Positions 1 through 10,768 of a stretch of DNA of 64,000 bases are shown one piece after another. This DNA comes from Anthoceros angustus. Taxonomy: Eukaryota > Plantae > Anthocerotophyta. The notes below the pieces were generated by a model, which searched no databases, was not told the DNA's origin, and worked only from the letters and a program-made list of their open reading frames with translations. The stretch covers positions 723,766 through 787,765 of the forward strand of contig MU008188.1 of the NCBI GenBank assembly GCA_010909165.1, written 5' to 3'. Both the position numbers and the translations under genes were made by a program. Position 1 is the first letter of the stretch, and every line of letters starts with the position of its first letter.

Positions 1-210
1 GCAGTGCAGGTCAGAGTATGCGTGTGCAGGTCAGTAGCAGAGTATGTAGCCAGATTCCAAGGTGTCACCTTCCCGCTGTTGTGCATTAGAGAGCACAAAA
101 TTATAATCTGTTGTTGCAACACCAGGCCCGGATCCTCCTCCCATAAGTGGTACTGTCAGCGCCATGACAACCATAGCGAGCCACATGAACTTGAGCGATG
201 CCATGGCCAT
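1..210 (-). CDS. 5' part of a secreted bulb-type (GNA-like) mannose-binding lectin gene; runs off the window start
   Basis: Minus frame MAMASLKFMWLAMVVMALTVPLMGG (signal peptide) then GSGPGVATTDYNFVLSNAQQREGDTLESGYIL. The paralog at 35660-35933 continues into YSLHLQQGCNQVLY (QxDxNxVxY-like). Three synonymous differences between the copies fall in this frame. Confidence 0.65.
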
Positions 211-338
211 GGCTTGGGCCTGGATCCATATCCCAACTTGCTACACGTGTCTTCCAAGATTTTGACATCGATGCCTTCCCTTAAGGAAGCCACCTGTGGC
301 CGTCTCCAGATGATGCATGCATCCAAGGTTCTTCTTAC

Positions 339-371
339 AACACGATAAATTTGCAAGGGGGTGAATATACA
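339..371 (+). repeat. Left terminal inverted repeat AACACGATAAATTTGCAAGGGGGTGAATATACA
   Basis: Exact reverse complement of 24224-24256; preceded by TTAC. Confidence 0.9.
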
Positions 372-496
372 AACCCTCTTCGATTGGGGTCGGACCCTCT
401 TGCACGCATGCAGCCCCATTTGGAAACCGCCTTCTGACGTTATATTGAAAACAGCGGGGAAATTCAGAAGTTCATATAGTGGCACACGACATGCCT

Positions 497-1817
497 ACAA
501 CATAGTTTTCAGTTCATTGTTACATGGGCGGCCCACGTCACTGTCGTTCATCTCAACATCCAAGCCATGGACTTCAATGTCCCGAACCACTGGCTGGCTG
601 ATTGTACAACAAAAAAACTTGATCAAGTAGGACCTATAGTTTCAACCTACCTACTCTAAATCGGAGGAATATGAAGTGGGCTCATTGCGACTCATGAGCG
701 CTGAGCCGTCACGACATTATGCTGTGATGTCCAGCAGAACATTGCTTGTGATCGTTCCGTCTCTCTTAAATCCATTGTTTTCTTCCAGGGCTCTGTCGTA
801 CTCGTCTCCTCGCTGGACTCCACCCCAGTGATTGCTCCCAAAACATTCAAAGTCTGCTGTCCACGTCTAAAGCTCTCCAGATTGTTCTCATCATTCTTTT
901 TCGCGATGAGGGGAACCACTAAAACCATCCTTCTCAACATACTCTTCGCCCAAAGGGAGGGGCCTCTCAGGTATCAGTGAGCTCTTCTTTGCGTGCAGTA
1001 GGACCTCGTGCCCATGGATGCGTTGCGAATATAGCACGCACACCTCAAGTCGCCTCGATGGCGTCTGGTGGCGTCCATAAAGCAAAATTTGCCAAAATGG
1101 TTGTCCAGCTCCACGAGCATGCTCCGTGGCCAGGTCTTCCTGTGAAAATGTCTTTATGAGCTTCATCATAGGCCAGGAGGCCTTTAGTGCAGACATACCA
1201 CCGAGCATCGTTAGAAGGTAAACACGCTTTTCACCACGTGTCATACTTACCAACCTCCCGTTGTTAAACATTAATCCATGGCATTCGGCATCATCGTGGC
1301 CCTATCCTTGGAACACCGTCCTTCACACCACCCTCGATCACGTACTCCACGGTTTCAAACCCTCCTTTGTCATTGCTCATGTTTGTCTTGGCATACAAAT
1401 GAACCATACCTCCTTTCACTGCACCACTTCCTCATGGGCTCTCTATGTGTGGGCTTCCTCCACACACCATGCATACTTGATAATCCGATACTCTTAGCAT
1501 GTAGTTTTCTCCCAAAGCTGGAACCTGTACTCATACTTGTGATGTCCATCCTTTTGTCCATAGATCCTATATCAAAACCTCGGGGACATCCATGATCAAC
1601 AGGGCATAGTTTCGTCCTCTCAAATACCCCGCATATCCATTTTGGTTTTCGACGATGCCCTGTTTATTATACATGTTGGGACATTGAATCTGAAAAGCGG
1701 CTTCGGATCTTTGTCGGCCAAATCTCTTTGCTCATTCTCAAGTCCTTCAATTGTTCACTTGAATATAAAATGTTGGAAATCTCTGCGCTTTGTGTGAGGT
1801 TGTCCACATCCTTGATT
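497..1817 (-). pseudogene. C-terminal part of ParB-MTase gene: beta-class N4-cytosine/N6-adenine DNA methyltransferase domain (PF01555-like) plus acidic tail
   Basis: Read across frameshifts in beta-class order. Motif IV-like GRNYALLIMDVP-x-GFD (~1570-1615); YAKTNM..GFETVEYVIEG (~1330-1400); MMKLIKTFSQE-D..GAG/TTILAN/LLYGRH../AIE (motif I, ~1050-1170). Acceptor CAAG| at 1818. The 3' end at 497 is approximate. Confidence 0.72.
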
Positions 1818-1865
1818 CTTGCGTGAAACACAAGGGAATTAGAACGCACGCCGTCACGTTCGGGT

Positions 1866-1885
1866 AGAGGCGGCCGGCGCCCTCC
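1866..1885. repeat. Degenerate GC palindrome (AGAGGCGG|CCGGCGCCCTC); left inversion breakpoint
   Basis: Same core as 2897-2952; coding strand switches at this point. Confidence 0.7.
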
Positions 1886-1900
1886 TCTTGTTGAGAACAG

Positions 1901-2836
1901 CCCAAGGGCGTGGGGTTATGGGGCCGCGAGTTTTACCCCTGCTGTGCATGATTGATCCGACGGAATGCCCTGAGCTCGCCAGCCTGGACTGGAAGAAATT
2001 CAGGGCAAAGACATATGTCATGGGTGTCCTGGGTGGGAACCACACATATGCAGCCATGAAACATTTGGCAGACATCTCACCTGGGAAAAAACGCTTCCAA
2101 TATGTGGAGACACATGTGTACTGTGGCCTCACTGTGCAGGAGATGAGAGTACTCGCAACCGATCACAACATTATGTCGGACAAGCGGAGGAAGATGTCTT
2201 TTATAGAGCAAGTCAGGTACCTCAGGGATGAACTATTGATTGCGAAACGCGAAGGGGTACAAATGACGATGACTTGGAAATTCAACTTCTATAAGGTTCT
2301 GAACTTATTAAGGATGATGAGGCCCGTAACGACGATGTGTACAAACAAAACAAGGTGGACAACAGGACTCATATCTTATGCATAGCGAAGCAGGAGGGCA
2401 AAGTGTGGGAGAATATAGACAAGATCTTCTCAAAGTGGGAAGCTGGTGACCTGCCAGAGTAGAAGAGGCACAGCGCAGTGGGCACAAACAAGAAGGGAAA
2501 AGGGAAACGGAAGGTGACCGAAGAGTCGAAGAAAGTGGATGCAACATATGTGAAGCCGGAGGACATGTTGGCGAAGCCATGGAAGTCGTTTCAAGGTATT
2601 CCAGCGGGTGATTATGGTCAGCAGATTCTCATATCCGCTACGGAGAAGGTTCTGGCAGGCCTAATAGATTTGAAAGGGATGGATGACGACATTACCTTGC
2701 GAAAGAAATTCCATGTCATCCAAGTTGCTATGGCCAAACACTTGGGATGCTCATCGTTCGAGGAAGTCGGCTAGAATATCCACATCACTCCACTGACGAA
2801 ATGCTAGCTCGGTTTCAGACTCAATTCGCGGGAAAG
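1901..2836 (+). pseudogene. Inverted middle exon of ParB-MTase gene: ParB/Srx-like core and helical region
   Basis: GVMGPRVLPLLCMIDP...VLGGNHTYAAMKHL...VYCGLTVQEMRVLATDHN...MSFIEQVRYLRDEL (GNH motif of the ParB/Srx fold). Continues WENIDKIFSKWE...TQFAGK then donor GTATGG at 2837; acceptor AACAG| at 1900. Confidence 0.75.
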
Positions 2837-2896
2837 GTATGGGGGTGTCAGTTGTGCTTTGTGTTTTCCTCTGCTTGGTATGCAAATGTTTTGGGC

Positions 2897-2952
2897 AATC
2901 GGAATGGTAGGAGGGAGGGCGCCGGCCGGCGCCCCTCCCTACCATTCCGATT
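2897..2952. repeat. 56-bp near-perfect palindrome AATCGGAATGGTAG..GGCGCCGG|CCGGCGCC..CTACCATTCCGATT; right inversion breakpoint
   Basis: Arms read directly from the sequence; centre at 2925/2926. Both arms lie just inside GT-started introns pointing towards each other. Confidence 0.9.
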
Positions 2953-2979
2953 CTTGAGACACGGAATGGGCGGTCTCAC

Positions 2980-3876
2980 CCGTGCCAAATAGTTCGTCCA
3001 TGCTTCATCCACCCTTCTTATCTGAGCGTCAGGTGTTAGGTGCGACGCAGGACGTAAATTCTCCAACTTCACAAGAACTGTCTCAGGCACAACCTTCTTG
3101 GCGTAGGCAGATTCCCTGATGCGTGTCGGCGGGTCCTCATCCCGGATAGCGTCTTCCAGTCTTCCCTCGTATGTCGTGACATGAACCGTGCGGATGTCAA
3201 GCGACACTGCTCCCTCGGCTGTGCCAGCTTTGCGCCTCTTTCCCCTTTTCCCTGTCTCTAGTTCTTCGCCCGCGTCATGACGCCACCACTAGGATCATGG
3301 CGGCACTCCGCTTCCCAAGACAATAAACGGAGGCCCGGCGGAAGGCGCTGCCCTCCGGCCCCTTCATCGTCATTCACGGGCTGTATGGCCAGCTCCTCAC
3401 CTGTTTCGGGCCTACCTGTCGAGGCTGACGCTGGGGCGCCTGCCGGCCGGCACCCCAACCCATCTGCGGCATTTGGGAACTGGACAAACCAGTTCGGATT
3501 GGGTGTCACCATGTCCTGGACACCTCTTCCCTGCTGGAGGGCGCCGGCCGGCCGGTGCCCTGATCCTGATTGAGGATCATATCTAGCTGTCGGGACCTCC
3601 ATGGACTGCCCAGGCATATTGTAGTCGAACATGATGCACGTCCACTTTGCTCTACAGGCATAAGACTCTTCCAAATCATCATCCAGAACATCGAGAATCG
3701 ACCCATCGTCCTCATCTTCTGGACCCAATTCACTCCCTTCAGGGCTGGGTGCCTCCTCCTCATGCTCTTGGTGGTGAGCAGTACTCCGTCTCAACGCCAT
3801 AACCCTCGTGCTCCGGCCTGGGCATGTAATCTTCGCTTTTACGGAGGCGGATAAAAGCTCTTCCTACTTGAGTAGC
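2980..3876 (-). pseudogene. N-terminal part of ParB-MTase gene: acidic region and first ParB strand/helix
   Basis: VLVKLENLRPASHLTPDAQIRRVDEAWTNYLAR then donor GTGAGA (2979), resembling the ParB N-terminus (I..LRP...QPR..DE..L..L). Acceptor TTTTGCAG near 3877; upstream acidic EHEEE..EDEDD stretch. Confidence 0.6.
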
Positions 3877-4049
3877 CTGCAAAACAAAACACAAGATTCC
3901 ACAAAAAGGGTTATGCGTCAACGTTGCTTCCAGGAAGATGACACAGTGCATTGTTGCTAAAATCCAAAACCTTACCGTTTGCTCTCATCTGCAATCTCGA
4001 AACAATTGAACCAGCCTTGATGGCTCACATTTCTTTATGACAAGACCAT

Positions 4050-7000
4050 TGTGGAACGAAGAATTTTGGTCACCCCAGACGCGGAAGGGGGAGGCCCGGC
4101 GTAGGATGGGTTGTCAGTAGGTGGGAAGTAGGTAGGACGATGAGAGCAGTGGGAAGGTGGTCGGACGTCCAGGGGAAGTTCGGGGTTTGAGTGGTCAGTG
4201 AACTCGTGGGAGGATCGATACGGTAGGAAGCATGGGTAGATAGGAGCATATATAGGCATGATAGGTTCGAGTTCCTTGGACCATGGAATATTCGGGGATA
4301 AGAAGTTCCTTGAATTATTTAGATCGCATGGCTATATATGCCAAAGAAAGCTAAGTTGTAAATAGAAAATAGCTACGGGAGTTTTGCCGGACACGTGGCG
4401 ACCATCGAGGAGGCGCCATTAAGCGGTTGCATGTACACCAAATCACAGTTAGCAGTTTGAGTGGCGTTTTCGGCGTGACTGGCGGGATGGCGGCCGAAGA
4501 GTAAGGAGCTTACGCTCGAGGCGGGCGACTTGAGGCGATTACAGCGCGTGTCGGAGGGCCTGGAGGCGACAAGGGAGGCGGCAGGCGCAGCCGCGCAAGG
4601 AGAGAAGCGAAGGAGCGCATGCTGCTGAACAGTGTCTTGGTGAGAAGCTGAAGAGAGTCGGAGAGGGTCCAGAGGGCGTGGAGATGCTCAAGCGGAGGTG
4701 GGGAGGCGTGTTGGCGAAGGAAGAGCTTGGGCGTGAGGCAGCGGGTGGAGAAGCTGGAGGGAGATTGAAGGGCCAAGGCCACCTCTTGGCGGTTGTGTGG
4801 AGGCGGGTTGGAGGCACGGAAGTTTTCCCCTTGTCATCTCACCCAAACCACCACTTCTTTGCTCACCACTCTCTTAGCACGATAGATTACTCTCCAATCT
4901 CTCAATTTTGCTATCCTTGTGTGCTCCCACATGCGGATGGTGAAGATAGTGAGGATGGGATACTCCAGGAGGAAACCTCCAGCCACCACACAAGGGAAAG
5001 GAAGAAACACCCAATTCCAGGAGTTCGAGTGTAGGCGCTCCAAATTTCACCTCGAGATTTGGAGGCGTTAGGCTATCTGAGATGAAGATGGAATGGCTGT
5101 ACTTGGTGCACAGGTGGCACTTCGAGCCACCTTGGTTCGGGGTGTCTTGTGACAGATGAGAGTGACCAAGGCGGACGGCCAGCGGAGGATCTGACGGTCA
5201 AAGTCATCACAGGATGTGGAAGGTGCGACATTTCGGGATCGTGCGATCTAGGAAGCCCACAAGGGAGGGATCATTCCGGTATTCGATTCTCCAAGAATCG
5301 GATCCGGAGGAGGTTATGGTATGTTCCTCGACCAAAGGAGGAAGTATGGTCGCAAGGCAATGGGTGGAGGATCTCTAGCAAGGAAGTGGAATTTATTCGC
5401 CAAGATATGGCTAGGACGTCTTGTGGCGAGGAAGGCGTGCACAGGAAATTCCATTTAATGATGATGTATGAGATGTCTCGGAAGTTGGTGGATTGGGCCA
5501 CCATTACGTATGAACAGCGGTTGCGAACCATTTGGTGATGGAGGGAGCAAGAATCGGTTTGTCTCTACCTTCCTCGTACACCTATATCGGAGGAGGAGGT
5601 TCTTACTGACTGGAAGAAGCCAAGATAGAAGCTACTCAGTGAGGGTAGTGGAAGGGAGCCATCGCGGCCCGGAGAGGATGAAAGCAGGCGGAGGCCCCGG
5701 GTAGAGGCCACCACCACCCATGAATGATGGCTTCGGGATCGAGAACCCAGAGAAAGGGAAAGGGCCATGAAGCACCTCCTACGGAGGAAGGAGGAAAGAT
5801 CTGAGACCACCTACGGAGGTTGAGGATTGGTGCCAACAACACGGTGGTAGGGAGTGAACCCCCTGGTGGGACCCGGGAGGATGGAGGACCTACGGTGAGC
5901 TTCCTCCTACCAAAGAGGTAATGTAACGACTTGTTAGCTGATGGAGGCGGGTGGCGGAGCGCCGAGGCGTTGGTGACCTCACACACGCAGGAGGAGGCGA
6001 TGGGAAGTGTTTGAGCGGTAGGCATCCTCTGAGTGATTCTTGGTGAAGGAAGTGGGCAGGATCTATGGACGCCCTAGTGGACCCGTGTCGGGAGGTGGCG
6101 AGAGTTCGTCTTGAACTTGAGACCTCTGAGGAGGGGAGGATCAGGAAATTGAGGAGCTCGAAAACCACCTCAGAAAGCAACACTCCGTGCTAGATCGGCC
6201 AAGGCGGCGGGATGACCAAGTTGGTGAATGTGTGGAAATGATTGACCCGGGTCTTAGGCGGGAGGCAAAATCAGCCAAGAGGGCTGGAGTTAGGCGCCGG
6301 GAAGGAGGCGGAAGAAAAATTGGAAGCTAGCAAGGGTAGGAGGCATCGAGCAGCGAGGAGGAGGCGGCATCTAGAGGCCAATGGGACCTTGAAGACGAGA
6401 AGGACCTCCTACGAAAGAAGTTAGTCGCCATGGAGCAACGGAAGGAGCATTACAAGGGAAAATATGACAGCTTGGAGAAAGAACGACAAGGATGGGACAA
6501 TGTGACCAAGGGTCACAAAGAGGAGCTTCGTATTACGAGAGAACTTTTGGAGCAGCAACGCAAGAAGGCCGACGATCTTACCCACGCCTATGAGACGGAG
6601 GCAAGGAACTACCGGAAGGAAGTTTTAATGGCCCAACGATCTTTGGAAGGTCTGCAGGTCATTCGAGGGGAGCAGGCGAGGGCGACTGCGGCCATAGTAA
6701 AACGCATGGCGATGGAAGCCATGGAGAAGGATAAGGAGATTGGGAGACTTGCCCTGGAGTTGGAGGGAGCGGTAGTGGAGACAAAGGCCGCATTGGTAGG
6801 AGTGACAAATCAAAGCCGGTGGGACGAAAAGGCCATCCCACTAAGGGTCCGTGATCATGGACGACAAAAGAAGGAGAGTAGTAGGGTGGCGACCTATTAC
6901 AACAACCTCCTAGAAGCGATTGAGGAACGCCACAAAGGAGGACGATTAAGAAACAGACCTCACCGCCCCGACAGCGGAATGGCACCGGAGGTCAAAACTT

Positions 7001-8331
7001 TGAGTGTACAAGGAAAGGCAGTGGCGGACACAAACAAGCAAGTCAAGAAGCACCACGGCGACGCCAAGAGACCTCCGAGACGGTGGAGTCATAGGAAAAA
7101 GATGGTAGGATGGTACCAAAGTTCCTACTGTAGGAACTGCTGATGAGGAGGAGGACCTCAAGGAGGGTACCTCCTACGGTGAAACCCAGCCGTGGAGGGA
7201 AGGAACCCCATGGAGATCCGAAAGGTAGGAGACGAACCGCCTACCAAGAAGACGAAGATGAGGGGAGGAACCCATCGAGGATGAACGAGGAGGAATGGAA
7301 CCTCCTACCATGGAGGACCTACCAGAGGGGCCGAGGTAGAGCATACCAGTAGTCCCGAGAAGACTCTCGAGGAGGCAAGGCTAAGCGACCCATCAAGGGA
7401 AGACATTGAAGCCGCGAGGCGAATAAGAAAGAACGAGGATGTCAGAGGACCTTTTCTATAGGACGTTTTGTCCCAAGTGGTACACCTTGGGAAGTGTGAG
7501 TATTTAAGAGTGGCGGCAAGATAGACAGATAGGATATTCGTCAAGGTGAGCCGGACCGAGCCGAGAGGATGAACCAAGGGATAAGGATCCTATTGTTGGA
7601 CTTGGCAAGTCGCCTAGCATTAAACTAGCACGAGTGACCAATGACTCCCCACCTATAAAGGGAGGGTGGAAGATGAATAAACACCGCTTGCTTTGCACTT
7701 TCTTTCCTGCCATCCCTAGCTGACCGCCAAGCCGACGAGAAGGCTAAGGGTGGGGTTCTCGAGGCCCCTCGCTGGGGTTCGCCAACGCAGTTCCTCCTCG
7801 GAAAGATTGCTGGATATGCTTTGTGTTGTTGCTGGCCTCGCAGGGATCGGCGCCGACTACGCCGCGCTGTGTTTGTACACGCAATCGCCCGAGAGAAATA
7901 CCCGCCACGCCACCCTGTGCGCTTGTGTCGCAAGGAGGCGCAACCGCTAACGCTACGGTAGAGTTAGATTTGGGATCGAATGAAGTGAGTTTCATGTGTG
8001 TGGATTTGAACTATGTTTTGAGAATGGTGAAGAGGTTGGCAATGGTGATGTGTCGTTGTAGAGTGAGTTGATTAGAAGGGCAGGAGAGTGTTGGGGATAA
8101 GAAGGAAATCGAAGGCGTGGAGCGGGCCAGTAACCTGAACGATAACACCCGCTTGTTGCCCATCCGAGGACAAGTAGACCGGCTGAACGATGAGGAGTGA
8201 GAGAGTGAGAGGAACGACCGCAAAAACAATGCCCAAACCAAATCTCTTGGGATCTGTAACCTACGTGACCAACGCATCCGTGATAAGTGTACACCGAGGC
8301 GGCGCCTCCGGGTGACCGGAAACCGTCTACA
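4050..8331 (+). mobile_element. Solo giant LTR, family A (Ty3/gypsy-type, ~4.28 kb) containing an accessory ORF
   Basis: Starts TGTGGAACG, ends CTACA; TATA at 7654. GATAAGTGT motif near the 3' end is shared with family C. Degenerate TSD ACCAT/A-ACTAT. No PBS or PPT. Confidence 0.72.
5081..7143 (+). pseudogene. LTR-borne accessory ORF (plant mobile-domain-like region plus coiled coil), frameshifted
   Basis: GNGWRIS...VDWATITYEQ...VSTFLVHLY matches family C KN-W...PDWGLIMYEAY...LSTYLVHLW; coiled coil at 6430-7143. Confidence 0.6.
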
Positions 8332-10589
8332 AACTATTGAAGTCATCACATGAATACCCGTCTTTGCATGTCCACCTCCCGTGGCAATGTAATTTAACCT
8401 GCAGGCGGCTTAGTAACACACAAGATGCGGCCTTTAGGTTCTCCCTTGGTACATATCCGTGGTTGCCTCAAATAACTCCGACCCGCCTGCCTTTTGATTT
8501 GGCATGGCATCCTTGTACCCCTATAACCCACAAATTGTATAAGGTCCCATACTGCGGCTATTTTGCTTCTTCCCCGCACCAGCATCCAATCCTTTCTCCA
8601 CAACTACACTCGTGGGCTCGTTTTAAATACGCTTGATGTGCATTGTTTCATAGCTATATGAGATTGAATAGGAGCAGTACATGATTTTTTCTTCGCCGCC
8701 GTACAAACCTCGTCACCTCCGCGATCTCTCTCACAGTTTCGCTTCCTGCATGCGGTGGTCACGTAGCGCAAGCGTGCGTGGCCCGCCTCCATGACCACCA
8801 CTGACCTCCTGACACGGGCGGCCTGCCACTGCCAGGAGCCGGGAATTGAGGGTCCGTAATCCCTTGCCAGGGGCGTGACTAGGCTCCTCCCGCCTTCGTT
8901 GCCGTTCCTCCGGCTTCTCTCGCTCTTCTTCGGTTTCTCAGACCGGGGCGGATCAAGGGCCAAAGCATCGCCACCTCTCCTTTCGCTTTCATGTCGCTTC
9001 CCATCGCCATTACCGCCTCTTCGGGCCGCTGTAAACCGTAATACGTACACTCAGTGCCATTCAAGAGATGCGGAATCAAGAGCATGCAGCTGGAAAGGAG
9101 CGAACCTCGCTCTCACCGGCAAAGGATGAAGGCAAGAAAGTTTTGGAATTCACCGATCAGAAGCTGAAGGGCGATCTTCCAAAGCATGCCCAACCAGCCG
9201 GAAGGTCGCTTTGATTTCTTAAACTCGCTGTCATGGTCAAAGGAACGCGAATCAGTGGTTCAATCCCGATCATTGCGTACACTCGATCAATATATTAGGG
9301 TCACATGTGTTCCAAAAGATTATACCATGAACCCGTGTAGACTTAGGCACAGCGAAGCGACACTGGTGTCACACCCGCCGCCAGCCAGATTCCCTGTATG
9401 CCACAGATATCCGACTTCCTGACATTCGGCCGAGGAGGCTGCTGATGCCTCAATGGGCTATTGCAATAACCGGGCTCAGCCGCCCGGGTGTGTGCATAAG
9501 TTAGCAACCCCGACACCTCCCACTGGAACGCAGTCCATCGCCTGCATGATGTATGGATGGAGCATGTAGACATGACAGCGACCGGCTCAGCCTCTGTGAG
9601 TTCTAAGGTCCCTCACCGGGCGCAATGTTGAGAACATGCACACAATTCCGACGATGAAGTGGGTGTCAGCCACGACTTTGTATAGTCCGCTTTCACGGTG
9701 AGTTGTTTCTTGTTTCTCATAAATAAGCCAAGAACCTTCTTCCTACATACGCCGCCCATGAAGAAGGCCAAGACCAATCTCAATTATCTCCGGTTCTGAC
9801 GCTGGCGACATATGCGTAAGGCGAGTGGATGGATGAACAACCCGCCGACCGTACCTATGCCCCTGCGTAAACCAGTTGCCGGACCTATCTGTGATTCTCC
9901 TGGCATGATGTTTGACCCGGAAGGGAGAGAACTAGAACATCAATTGAAATAGGGAACCGCGTAATGGCTACCGTGAAACAGACGACCGGACTCCAGACAT
10001 GCGTGCTTGGCAGCTTGGCTGGAAGACGTAAGTCAGTCACATTACCTAAGACATCGGTTTAAGGGACTAGCGAATTGTATTCCATAATGACCTTTGATTG
10101 TTTGGGCGTTTGGTGACACAGTAATGCTGAATGCCTGCGAATGTGCGTATACGTATTGACAAGGTCGTCACGGTTACGGCGATTTCAAGCAATTTTATCA
10201 CCCAACTCTTCACGATCTGCTCCACAAACTCCTCGCACCCACTTGTACCGCCATGGAGGGAAGGCTCACATTTAGTAAACAGGAAGGCAATGATGACAAG
10301 AGGATGGATGTCCATCCGATCAGTCTCCTTTTTGCAAGACGCGGATTGTCTAACAATGTGTGGATGATGGATGATATTGCCGCCCAAGCCTGGTGGCTCA
10401 TCTTGTGCAAAAGCAGGAAGAAGAGGACGACACCAACCGTATGCCAAGTGTGAAGAGGAGCTTGGCCAACGCTCGCTTTATGCGAAACCTTCGATGCAAA
10501 CGGCCTGCGTTGTACATTATGGATCTTCGTCGCATCATGACGCTTGGATGTCAAAATGTGCATTGAGGAAAAGTGATAAAGGCGCTTAT

Positions 10590-10768
10590 CAAGGCCGAGT
10601 TTTGAAACCATGTTGCAATGACATGTGTCCGTGATAGGTTAACGAAAAGAAAAATTTCAAGAAGAAATAAGTATCGCTTTTCCTCACAGCATGGAAGATG
10701 GCACGTGAGACATTTCTCTGGAAACCTTGATGTACGTCCGTGAGGGAATGAGGCGAAGGAAAGTGGTT
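10590..10768 (+). pseudogene. Transposase N-terminal Cys region, part 1 (continues at 15252 after removing the LTR)
   Basis: KPCCNDMC...AWKMA..EGMRRRKVV joins in frame across the TSD to PVTVITAIKCCLRHLEEKVLPISHK. Confidence 0.45.

Noticed and set aside
291-301. ACCTGTGGCCG, inverted again at ~24275-24290 just outside the TIRs
   Set aside because: Only 11 bp, at unequal distances from the ends and outside the TSDs; not enough to extend the element boundary.
156-485. Shared peptide CIFTPLQIYRV in ORFs 156-485 (-) and 24113-24316 (+), suggesting paralogous genes
   Set aside because: The match is confined to the 33-bp TIR; it is the transposon end, not a protein.
1888-2952. Giant-virus or bacterial insertion, suggested by the ParB domain and a hairpin between convergent ORFs
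   Set aside because: Spliceosomal introns, TIR/TSD limits and the absence of viral core genes fit a resident transposon. The convergent ORFs are parts of one gene.
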